From: an uncultured delta proteobacterium
Lineage (GTDB): Bacteria; Myxococcota; UBA727; VGSZ01
DNA: 64,000 nt
NCBI GenBank assembly: GCA_963775425.1
Contig: CAVZJB010000003.1
Span: 128,001-192,000, forward strand
Reading direction: 5' to 3'
Shown here in pieces: positions 36,298-45,091 of this stretch (the stretch's first letter is position 1; each line of letters starts with the position of its first letter). Made by a program: the position numbers and the translations under genes. Below the pieces are notes generated by a model. It saw nothing but the letters and a program-made list of their open reading frames with translations, made no database searches and was not told the DNA's origin.

Positions 36298-37800
36298 CTA
36301 CGAGATGGTGCGCTCGTTGAAGCCGCGGCCGTCGAACGTGATCATCACGTGCCGCTGGTCCTGCATGGTCATCAGGTGCACCGGGCGGGTCCAGATGGCG
36401 TGGATGTTCTTCAGCGTCTCCTGGCCGTAGGTGGTGTCCAGGTCCACGCCCTCATGGATGTGCTCGATGCAGAGCTCGGCGCGGTTTTCGAAGTTGCCGT
36501 CGACGACGCGGATGACGGGGTGGCCGAAGTTGGTCAGCGACTGCAGGATCTTCTGCTTGACGATGGCGAACTCGCGCGAGTCGATGACGAACTGCTTCTT
36601 CTTGCGGTCGTACTCGTAGCTGAAGAAGCCGTGCTCGCGGCAGAAGTCGATGGTGAAGAACTCGTCGATGAAGGTGACGTCCGAGTAGATCTGCCGGACC
36701 TGGAAGATCTTCTCGCGGCCGAGCCCGAGCTGCTTGTCCCAGCGGCGTCGCTCCGCCATGTCGTCGCACTCGAGCCACTCCTTGCCGAAGCGGCCCTTGT
36801 TCCAGCGGTCCTCGATGTCGCGATACAGCTCGAGGCCCAGCTTGTACGGGTTCAGCGACGTGGGGCTGGTGGCCGTCACGCCCGAGTGCTTGTCGGCGAA
36901 GTCCACGACCTCCGAGGAGTCCATGGCCTTCTCGGTCATGAGCTTGGCGTGCCAGTACGAGGCCCACCCCTCGTTCATGATCTTGGTCATGCCCTGGGGC
37001 GCGAAGTAGTAGGCCTCCTCGCGCAGCATATCGAGCACGTCCACCTGCCAGCGGTCGAGCGGCGCGTGGTTCATCAAGAAGCCCATGACGTCGCGCTCGG
37101 GCTCCACGGGGAATTTCTTGGCGCGCTTGGCCTCTTCCTCGAGCTTCTTCTTCTGCGCGGCGACGAAGTCCTTCGGGTTGATGTAGCGCTCCATGTACTC
37201 CTTGTTGGTGGGAAGGAGACCGAGCTGCTTTCTGTCCGGGGGCTGCGCGTCGTTGTGCTCGCCGCCCTCGGGCTCTTTGCGCTTGCGCTTGATGTAGGGC
37301 GCGTTGAAGTCGATGAGGTTGTCGATGCTGAGGCACTTGTCGACGAAGGCCTCGACGTCCTCGACGCCGTACCAATCGATGTAGCGACGGATGCGCGTGG
37401 CGTGGTTCGCCATCTCGTCGATCATCTTCCGGTTGGTGTGCTGGAACGCGAAGTTGTTCTTGAAGAAGTCGTTGTGCCCGGCGACGTGGCACATGACCAT
37501 CTTCTGGTCCGTGGTGGAGTTGGACTCGAGCAGGTACGCGTAGCAGGGGTCATTGTTGATGACCATCTCGTAGATCTTATGCAGGCCGTACTCGTACGAC
37601 TTGCTCATGCGCTCGTACTCCATGCCCCACTTCCAGTGCGGGTAGCGCACGGGGAAGCCCATGTACGAGGCCACCATGTTGATCTCGTCGTAGTCGAGCA
37701 TCTCGTAATAGATGTCGAACATGTCGAGGCCGTAGGAGCGCGCGTATTCGTCGACGCGCACCTGGATCTCGGCCAATTCGGGCGGGAGCTTTCTCGGCAT
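36298..37800 (-). CDS. spoVR: SpoVR/YcgB family protein
   Basis: GFPVRYPHWKWG, KIYEMVINNDPCYAYL, HVAGHNDFFKNN, TKIMNEGWASYWH. Confidence 0.95.
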   Translation of the reverse strand: MPRKLPPELAEIQVRVDEYARSYGLDMFDIYYEMLDYDEINMVASYMGFPVRYPHWKWGMEYERMSKSYEYGLHKIYEMVINNDPCYAYLLESNSTTDQKMVMCHVAGHNDFFKNNFAFQHTNRKMIDEMANHATRIRRYIDWYGVEDVEAFVDKCLSIDNLIDFNAPYIKRKRKEPEGGEHNDAQPPDRKQLGLLPTNKEYMERYINPKDFVAAQKKKLEEEAKRAKKFPVEPERDVMGFLMNHAPLDRWQVDVLDMLREEAYYFAPQGMTKIMNEGWASYWHAKLMTEKAMDSSEVVDFADKHSGVTATSPTSLNPYKLGLELYRDIEDRWNKGRFGKEWLECDDMAERRRWDKQLGLGREKIFQVRQIYSDVTFIDEFFTIDFCREHGFFSYEYDRKKKQFVIDSREFAIVKQKILQSLTNFGHPVIRVVDGNFENRAELCIEHIHEGVDLDTTYGQETLKNIHAIWTRPVHLMTMQDQRHVMITFDGRGFNERTIS

Positions 37801-37849
37801 GAAGACACCTATCGTCGTCGACGAGGATGGCCCAGGGGCTTCGTCGTGG

Positions 37850-38257
37850 TCAAACCCGCCGCCCCCCGTCGCCGGCGCGGGCGCGGGCGCGGGCGGATGC
37901 CCATGCGTCGTCGAGCCCGCGCTCTCCCACCAAGCGAGCGACCTCCGCGAGGTCGACGTCGCCGGCGGAGACACGGAGCACGCCGGCGATGTCGTCGCGG
38001 TGCTTCCGGGAGCCACCCTCGCGGAAGTACTCGAGCTTCCGCACGATGACATACTCGGGCGGCGGCACGACGAGCTCGCCGTCGGCGACGGGGATCCGGC
38101 GGCGCCGCGGGAAGGCCCAAGCGTGCAATGGGTCGCGGCCGGCGATGTACACGTCGGCCTTGAAGCTCGTGTCCGACCAGGTCAACGTCGTGCATCAGTC
38201 GCGGCTCGCCGTAGACGATGCCCGCGGCGGCGAGCGAACATCGAGCTGCGTCGGCAT
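37850..38257 (-). pseudogene. Internally deleted, frameshifted nucleotidyltransferase (MNT/DUF6036-like)
   Basis: AAGIVYGEPRLMHDVDLV motif in one frame abuts FKADVY...PPEYVIVRKLEYFREGGS.KH..DI in another frame. Confidence 0.7.
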
Positions 38258-38328
38258 GCCGTCGGCATTGTATCAACGCGGCACGGGCGCGGGCTCGCTC
38301 ACCCGCGACGCGAGCGCCGTGGCGCGGG

Positions 38329-39438
38329 TCAGCGGCCGGCGCTCAGGAAGTCCTTGATGCTGCCGTAGATGCCGTCCTTGTCCTTGACCTCGGAGAGCAC
38401 CACCTTCTCGTCGCGGCCGAGGTTCTCGCCGAGGTCCTTGATGAATTGGCCGGAGCCGTAGGGCGACTCCACCTGCCCGTAGGAGAACTGGTTGGCCGAC
38501 GGCAGGAGGCGGTCGCGCAGCAGCGAGATGCACAGGCGCGTGTCGTCGATGGACCAGTTGTCGCCGTCGGAGAAGTGAAACGGGTAGATGTTCCAGTCTT
38601 CCACCGGATAGTCGGCGTCGACGATGTCGGCGCACAACCTGTACGCCGACGAGATCATCGTGCCGCCGGACTCGCGCGTGTGGAAGAAGGTGTCGCGGTC
38701 GACCTCCTTGGCCACGGCGTCGTGGATGATGTAGCGGCTCTCGAGCCCGTCGTAGTTCCGCCGCAGCCAGGCGTCGAGCCAGAAGCTCTCGATGCGCACG
38801 ATTTCTTTTTGCTCTTCGCCCATGGAACCGGAGACATCCATCATATAGATGATCACCGCGTTGGCCTGCGGCTTGGTCTCCACGCGCCACGTGCGATAGC
38901 GGCGGTCGTCGCGGATGGGGATGATGGCGGGGTTCTTCGGGTCGTAGCTCCCCATGGCGATCTGGCGGCGCAGCGCCTGCTTGTACGTGCGCTTGAAGTG
39001 CCGGAGCGACTCGGGGCCGACGGTGTTGACGCCGGTGTACTTGATGCGGTTGGTGATGAGCTTGGAGCCCTTGGGCTCGATGCGCGGCAGCTCCAGCTCC
39101 TCGCCGAGCATGTCGGCGAGCTCGTCCATGGTGATGTCGACCTCGAGCGCGTGGTCGCCGGCGTCCTGGCCGGCCTGGCCGGGCTGGCCCTGGCCCTCCT
39201 GCGGCTGCCCCGGCAGCGGATCGCCGGGCTCCCCGTCGCCCTGGCCGACGCCGCCCTGCTGTTTGTCGCCGTAGCGGAAGTGGGGCAGGTCGATGCGCGG
39301 GACGGGGATGGTGATCTTGTCCTTCCCCTGCTTCCCGATGAGCTCGCCCTTCTTGATGTAGTGCTTCAGGTTCTGCTTGATCTTGCCGCGGACGATGTCC
39401 TTGAAGCGGGCGTGATCGTTCTGGATGCGCAGCGACAC
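38329..39438 (-). CDS. yeaH: YeaH/YhbH (DUF444) vWA-like protein
   Basis: [39 protein letters not shown]. Confidence 0.92.
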   Translation of the reverse strand: MSLRIQNDHARFKDIVRGKIKQNLKHYIKKGELIGKQGKDKITIPVPRIDLPHFRYGDKQQGGVGQGDGEPGDPLPGQPQEGQGQPGQAGQDAGDHALEVDITMDELADMLGEELELPRIEPKGSKLITNRIKYTGVNTVGPESLRHFKRTYKQALRRQIAMGSYDPKNPAIIPIRDDRRYRTWRVETKPQANAVIIYMMDVSGSMGEEQKEIVRIESFWLDAWLRRNYDGLESRYIIHDAVAKEVDRDTFFHTRESGGTMISSAYRLCADIVDADYPVEDWNIYPFHFSDGDNWSIDDTRLCISLLRDRLLPSANQFSYGQVESPYGSGQFIKDLGENLGRDEKVVLSEVKDKDGIYGSIKDFLSAGR

Positions 39439-39514
39439 GAAGAGACCTCGTCCTCGTTGTGTAGCATGTCCGGCTCATCGACGCGCGGGGCGCGGCCCGC
39501 GACCTCTCCGACGG

Positions 39515-41029
39515 TCACAAGCCGTACAGCGGGCGGAACTTCTCGTCGACGTAGCGAAGGAACGCCGTCGCGTCCGGCGGGCGCCCGGTGGCGTCCTCGA
39601 CGAGCTTGGCGCCGCGCACGCTCGCGCCGCGGCGGTGGACGTTGTCCCGCAGCCACGACAACAGCGGCGCCGTCTCCCCGCGGCCGACCATGTCGTCGAG
39701 GCCGGGCAGCGCCTTCCTCGCGGCTTCCATGAGCTGGGCCGCGTACATGTTGCCGAGCGCGTAGGTGGGGAAGTAGCCGAACGCGCCGGCGGACCAGTGG
39801 ACGTCCTGCAGGCAGCCCTCGGCGTCGTTCTTCACGTCGATGCCGAGCGTGCTCCGGGCCTCGGCGTTCCACGCGGTGGGGACGTCTTTGACCTCGAGCG
39901 AGCCGTCGATGAGCTTTCGCTCGATGCGCATGCGCATGACGATGTGCAGGTTGTAGGTGACCTCGTCGGCCTCGACGCGGATGGGGCTCGGCTCCACGCG
40001 GTTGATGCCGCGGTAGAAGGCGTCGGCGTCGACGTCGCCGAGCGCCTCGGGGAACAGCGCGCGCACGAAGGCGTACGCGTGGCGCCACCAGGCGCGGCTG
40101 CGCCCGACGAGGTTCTCCCACAGCCGTGACTGGCTCTCGTGTACGCCGATGGAGCGCGCCTCGCCGGCGGGCGTGCCGTCGTGCGCGGGGTCGAGGCCCT
40201 GCTCGTACAGGCCGTGGCCGCTCTCGTGCATGACGCCGAAGTAGGCGCCCACGAAGTCGGCCTCGTCGTAGCGGGTGGTGATGCGCTGGTCGCCGGGGCC
40301 GACGCGCTGGCTGAACGGGTGCGCGCTGACGTCGAGGCGCGTGCCCTTGGGGTCGAGGCCGAGGGCGTTGGGGATGGTCGCGCACAGGACGCGCTGCTGC
40401 TCGACGGGGAAGCGCCGCCCCTCCCAGGGCAGCGGCGGGTTCCCCTTCTCCGCGATCGCCTTGACGATGGGGACGAGGCCGTGCGCGAGCGCGTCGAGCT
40501 GGCGCTCGGCCTCGGCGGTGGTCATGCCGGGCTCGAACTCGTCGAGGAGGGCGTCGTACAGCGCGGCCTCGCCGGGAGCCTTGGCGAGGGAGCGGGCCTC
40601 GTCGCGCTTGAGCGAGACCATCTTTTCCAGGTGGGGGCGGAACGCGGCGAAGCTCGACTTCTTGCGCGCGTCGGCCCACGCGTGCTGCGCGATGGGGATG
40701 GTGTGCGCGAGCTCCTCGACGAGCTTGCGCGGCACCCGTACGGCGCGGTCGTAGACGCGGCGGATCTCGGAGACGTTGCCGCGCTCCATGACGCCTGCGT
40801 CCTTCAGCCACGCGGAGGCCTCGACGCGCGCGAGCAGGTCGGCGAGCTCCTTGCTCGTGGCGCGCTCGTGGGCCAGCCCGGCGAGGAGCGCCATCTGCCG
40901 GGCGCGGTGCTCGGCGCCGGCGGGCGGCATCATCGTCTCCTGGTCCCACGACAACAGCCACGACACCGACTGGAGAAGCGCGATGTCCTTGGTCCGGGCG
41001 ATGAGGGCGGCGTAGTCGTTCTGGCTCAT
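39515..41029 (-). CDS. Carboxypeptidase M32 (Taq-type)
   Basis: HPF, RITTRY, HESGHGLYEQG, HESQSR, IRVEADE, GCLQDVHW, GYFPTYALG. Confidence 0.95.
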   Translation of the reverse strand: MSQNDYAALIARTKDIALLQSVSWLLSWDQETMMPPAGAEHRARQMALLAGLAHERATSKELADLLARVEASAWLKDAGVMERGNVSEIRRVYDRAVRVPRKLVEELAHTIPIAQHAWADARKKSSFAAFRPHLEKMVSLKRDEARSLAKAPGEAALYDALLDEFEPGMTTAEAERQLDALAHGLVPIVKAIAEKGNPPLPWEGRRFPVEQQRVLCATIPNALGLDPKGTRLDVSAHPFSQRVGPGDQRITTRYDEADFVGAYFGVMHESGHGLYEQGLDPAHDGTPAGEARSIGVHESQSRLWENLVGRSRAWWRHAYAFVRALFPEALGDVDADAFYRGINRVEPSPIRVEADEVTYNLHIVMRMRIERKLIDGSLEVKDVPTAWNAEARSTLGIDVKNDAEGCLQDVHWSAGAFGYFPTYALGNMYAAQLMEAARKALPGLDDMVGRGETAPLLSWLRDNVHRRGASVRGAKLVEDATGRPPDATAFLRYVDEKFRPLYGL

Positions 41030-41144
41030 GGCGGGAGGGTCTACACCAGCGCGCCGGCCTCGGGGACGCCGCTGTGCCCGGCGCGCGCGTCCGTTCGTCA
41101 GGCGGCGTCATGCCGCGCGCGGCCCGGAGAGCGGCGCGCTGCGT

Positions 41145-41903
41145 TCAGTCGAGGGTCACGACGACGGGGACGTGGTCCGACGGCTCCTCGAGGGACGGCA
41201 GGGCGTCGTCGTCGCGCAGCGCGCGCCTCGAGCGGGCGCCCGCCGCCTCGAGGCCGCCGCTCGCGAGCACGAAGTCGATGCGCCGCGCGCGCCCGTTGGC
41301 GACCGACGTAGGAGCCGGCGCGGCCGGGTCGGCGTCGCGGAAGCCCGCGGCGAGGAAGAGCTGCACGACGTCGTCGTCGGCGCCGGCGTTGAAGTCGCCG
41401 CACACGACGCAGGCGTCGTCGCCGGCGACCTCGGAGAGGCCCGCGAGCAGGGCGTCGGCCTGCGCGAGGCCCAGGCGGTGGGGGGGAGGCGTCCCCGGCG
41501 GATCCCACTTCAGGTGCGTGTTGGCGACGACGATCGATCCGCCCGGTCCGCGCACGCGCATGAGCTGCGCGACGTGGCCGGTGCCGTCGTCGTAGGCGAG
41601 CGTGGCGAGCGGGGCGTCGAGCAATTCGGTGCGCACCACGAGCGCGCAGCCGTCGGGCCTGCCGCCGCCCTTGCCGGCGAAGGTGACGTGGCGCTCGGGT
41701 GACAGCCGCGCCTTCAGCGCCGCCACCAGCGCGGGCTCCGCCTCCTGCAGCGCGACGACGTCGGCGTCGAGGGCGGCGACGCGCTCGACGACGCGGGCGC
41801 GGCGCGCCTTGTCCTCGAGCGCCGCGGGCGCCGAGCGTTCGTAGCGGTCGGGGCGGACGTAGGCCTGGGCGAGCACGTTCCAGGTGGCGACGGTGAGAGC
41901 CAT
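41145..41903 (-). CDS. Endonuclease/exonuclease/phosphatase family (CCR4/nocturnin-like)
   Basis: TWNVLA, LQE, NTHLKW, GDFN, IDFV, PSDH. Confidence 0.9.
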   Translation of the reverse strand: MALTVATWNVLAQAYVRPDRYERSAPAALEDKARRARVVERVAALDADVVALQEAEPALVAALKARLSPERHVTFAGKGGGRPDGCALVVRTELLDAPLATLAYDDGTGHVAQLMRVRGPGGSIVVANTHLKWDPPGTPPPHRLGLAQADALLAGLSEVAGDDACVVCGDFNAGADDDVVQLFLAAGFRDADPAAPAPTSVANGRARRIDFVLASGGLEAAGARSRRALRDDDALPSLEEPSDHVPVVVTLD

Positions 41904-42044
41904 CCCCGGAACATAGCCTCGCCTCGCGGCGTGCGCGCCGAGCTGCGGCGTCGACGGCGATGTGTGCGACGCCCGCGCCGCTCGCCCGCCTGGGAGGGCA
42001 CGCGCACGCTGCCGCGCCCCCCTCGATGCTCTAGCATCGTGCGT

Positions 42045-42809
42045 GTGCGCGCCGCTCGACGCACCCGTGCTGCCATCGCCGTCGCTGCCCCCGTCAGGGC
42101 CGTCACCGCGGTCACCGTCGTTATCGTCGTCACCACCGTGACCGTCGTCGTCGTCGCGGGGTGCCCGCGCTCCGACGTCCCCACCCCGGCGTTCGCGGAG
42201 GCGAAGGGCGCGTACGACAAGGCGATGGCAGACACGGCCGACACGAGCTACGCCGGGCCCCGCTGGGACGAGGTGCTGCGACTGCTCCACGCCGTGCCGC
42301 GGACGAACGCGCACGAGCGGCACGTCGCCGAGCTGCTCGCCGGGGACATCGAGGACACCCGCCGCCGCGTCGGCGCCGAGCTGGCCCGGAGCAGCGCCGA
42401 GGCGGACAAGCTCCTCGACGCGCCGCACCTCGCGCCGCTCCCGACGCCGCGCGCCGCGCCTGCGCGCGCCGCGCCTCGCGCCGCGGACTGCGCCGGCCTG
42501 TGCGTGACCAGCGCCCGCGCCTGCCTCGTCGACAAGGGCTGCACCGACGACGGCAAGGGTGTGCACTGCACCGGGGAGGCGCTCGCCGCCATCTCGGCCT
42601 GCCAACAAGCACAGGCGCGCTGCCGGCAGAAGTGCTCGCCCGAGCGCGCCGCCTGCATCCAGTGCGACATCGACGAGAACGACTGCTTCGGCGACCTCGA
42701 CGGCTGCGCCGGCGCCGGCGACCACTGGCGCTGTCCGCCCGCCGCCGCGGACGACGCAGCCTCGTGCCGCGAGCGCGCCAGGACGTGCCGCGCCGCGACG
42801 TGTCACTGA
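42045..42809 (+). CDS. Cys-rich lipoprotein
   Basis: V/T-rich hydrophobic stretch ending VAGC; many Cys in the C-terminal half. Start uncertain. Confidence 0.6.
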   Translation: MRAARRTRAAIAVAAPVRAVTAVTVVIVVTTVTVVVVAGCPRSDVPTPAFAEAKGAYDKAMADTADTSYAGPRWDEVLRLLHAVPRTNAHERHVAELLAGDIEDTRRRVGAELARSSAEADKLLDAPHLAPLPTPRAAPARAAPRAADCAGLCVTSARACLVDKGCTDDGKGVHCTGEALAAISACQQAQARCRQKCSPERAACIQCDIDENDCFGDLDGCAGAGDHWRCPPAAADDAASCRERARTCRAATCH

Positions 42810-42907
42810 GGGGCGGCGCCGCTCATTCACCGAGGCCCTCGGCGTCAGCGACGCCTGCAGCGCGTTTTCCTCCGAGGTGCCGAGGGTGCTTCGACGCGGG
42901 CGCGCGC

Positions 42908-43936
42908 TCAGCGGCTGCGCGGCGGGTGGAGTCCGAGCTTGTTGAGCAGGCGCTCGTCGCCCTCGTGGTTCTCTTTCCAGTAGGGGGTGCGCAGGGAGCC
43001 CGTGAGGGCCAGCGACGTGCCGTCGGACGAGGTGAGCCGCGCCACCCGGTGCGGGGCCGCGTCCTCGACGCACAGCTCGACGCGGCGCCCGCCGTCGACC
43101 TCGACGCGCGCGACGTGACACGGGATGCGCCCGGCGGGGACGTCGGCGACGACACCCTCCCGGGCGCGCGAGAGCGTCGCGGTGGTCCAGGCGAGCGGGC
43201 GGTGCAACAGGCGCGCGCGCGCGAGCGCGGGCAGGAACGCGACGGTGGCGCTCGCGCCGGGCGCGACCACCGGGGCGGCGAGGCCGCGGGCCCAGGTGAG
43301 GAGCGCGTCCTCGACGAGCGCGTCGCCGGCAGGCGGGGCGAGCACATGGGCGCCGGTCTCGCCGTCGAAGTAGGAGCGCACCACCTCGGAGCCGCGGCCG
43401 CGCGCGTCGAAGACGACGTCGGTGTACGTGGTGCCGCACCACTCCTGCGAGGAGAACGCGACCTTCGGCGTCCAGCCCGGCGGCGCGACCCGCGCGCGCC
43501 CTGCGGCGTCGCCTGGAGCGGTGAGGGCGATCCACGACGACGTCATCAGGTTGTAGTCGTAGATGCCCGTCTGGAAGTCCTCGACGAGGTTGAGCTTCAG
43601 GACCTGCATCACGTCGCCGGCGGCGTGCTTGCCTTCGTCGGCCTTCACGTGGCCCTCGACGCTCCAGGGCTCGGTGACGAAGACGGCCACCACCGTGCCC
43701 GTGCGCTTCTCCCCGTAGCGGTCGCGCACGAGGGCGTAGCCGTCGATCTCGGCCTTGCCGTCGCCCCACGTCTTCCAGAAGGCGCCGTCGTACGCGGGGG
43801 CGGCGGCGCGCGCGGTCGACGACGCGAAGGCGGCGGTGACGCTCGCGGCCAGCGTCCAGCCCAGCGCCGTTGCCCACGGTGTGGCCGGCGTGGTCCCGCC
43901 GCCGAAGCGGCGCCGGGAGCGGGTGGCGGTGCGCAT
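42908..43936 (-). CDS. Conserved-looking secreted hypothetical protein
   Basis: FW..WGDGKAEI..Y, VFVTE, VLKLN....FQTGIYDY, QEWCG motifs. Confidence 0.7.
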   Translation of the reverse strand: MRTATRSRRRFGGGTTPATPWATALGWTLAASVTAAFASSTARAAAPAYDGAFWKTWGDGKAEIDGYALVRDRYGEKRTGTVVAVFVTEPWSVEGHVKADEGKHAAGDVMQVLKLNLVEDFQTGIYDYNLMTSSWIALTAPGDAAGRARVAPPGWTPKVAFSSQEWCGTTYTDVVFDARGRGSEVVRSYFDGETGAHVLAPPAGDALVEDALLTWARGLAAPVVAPGASATVAFLPALARARLLHRPLAWTTATLSRAREGVVADVPAGRIPCHVARVEVDGGRRVELCVEDAAPHRVARLTSSDGTSLALTGSLRTPYWKENHEGDERLLNKLGLHPPRSR

Positions 43937-43944
43937 GCCGCGGG

Positions 43945-45069
43945 CTACCACCCGCGCGCGAGGGGCGCGAGGGCGCGCGCGACGGCGGCGGTGGCGTCCT
44001 CGGCGGCGGCCTCCGACGACGTCAGGCGGCGAAACGCGAGCGACGCGCCGGCGCCGGCGCCGGCGACGAGCGCGCGCAGCTCGTCGAGGCGCGCCTGCGC
44101 AAGCGCGAGGAGGTCGCCACGCGCGTCCGCCTTCCCCGGGGGGGCGCGCGACACAAGGAGGGAGCGCACGTCGGCGTCGACGAGGAACAGCCGCGCCGGC
44201 GCGGCCCCGGGGACGAGCGGCCGCGCGGCGTCGAGGGGAAACAGGCCGAGCAGGCGCGGGCCCGGCGGCGGCGGCGGCAGCAGGCGGACAACGACGTCGG
44301 CGAAGAAGCCCTCCTCGGCGGGGGCGCCGGCGGCGACGGCGGCCGCGAGGCGCGCGAAGCGCTCGACCGCGCGCGTGGTCGAGCCCATCGTCGAGCCCAT
44401 CGTCGAGCCCACAGGGGGCGCCGCCGTCGACGGGGACGTCGACAGCGCCGCCGCGAGGGGCGTGGACGCTTCGAGCGCGCGCAACGGCGAGAGCCAGCCG
44501 CGCTCAAGCGCCTCGCGGACGTCGGGCGCGAGGGCCGACGACGCCAAGGCCTCGTCGAGGGCGTCCGCCGCGCGGCCCGCGGGCAGCGCGAGCGCCGCCG
44601 CCGCGCGCGCGTCGTCGACGATGAGGAATTGCACGAAGCCGGGGTCGAAGAGCTCGATGTAGTCGGCGGGGCCGAGCGCCGCTCCTGCGGGCGCATCGCC
44701 GGCCCGCGCGAGCGCCTCGGCCAGCTCCCGCGCGCGATCGTCGAGCGCGCCGAGGGCGCCGGCGGCGACGGCGTCGTCGACGAGCGCGACGGGGTCGACG
44801 GCGATGATCGCGCGCGGAAAGCCGAGGGCACCGGCGGGGAGCTCGCGCTCCGGGAACCAGAACGCGCCGTGCCGCTCGCACAGCCGCCGGCCGAGGAGCG
44901 CGGCGAAGGCGAGCCGGAGGCGGGCCCCGGACGGCGACGCCGAGGCGGCGCGGAGGGGGTCGAGCGCCGAAAACGGCGTCGTCGCCGCGTCGAAGGCGAG
45001 CCCCCCCGCGCGCGCCTCCGCCTCGAGGAAGGCCACGGCCTGCGCCACGAACGCGGGCTCCTCGCTCAT
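43945..45069 (-). CDS. Hypothetical Ala-rich protein
   Basis: Fills the gap between co-oriented genes; contains a 12-bp x3 repeat encoding GSTM. Confidence 0.55.
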   Translation of the reverse strand: MSEEPAFVAQAVAFLEAEARAGGLAFDAATTPFSALDPLRAASASPSGARLRLAFAALLGRRLCERHGAFWFPERELPAGALGFPRAIIAVDPVALVDDAVAAGALGALDDRARELAEALARAGDAPAGAALGPADYIELFDPGFVQFLIVDDARAAAALALPAGRAADALDEALASSALAPDVREALERGWLSPLRALEASTPLAAALSTSPSTAAPPVGSTMGSTMGSTTRAVERFARLAAAVAAGAPAEEGFFADVVVRLLPPPPPGPRLLGLFPLDAARPLVPGAAPARLFLVDADVRSLLVSRAPPGKADARGDLLALAQARLDELRALVAGAGAGASLAFRRLTSSEAAAEDATAAVARALAPLARGW

Positions 45070-45091
45070 CCGTCGCCCGTCGGGAGCGGCA

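Noticed and set aside
44378-44411. 12-bp x3 repeat (GSTM) and similar in-frame microrepeats (about 59811-59845 and 48475-48530)
   Set aside because: In-frame low-complexity expansions with no sign of phase variation.
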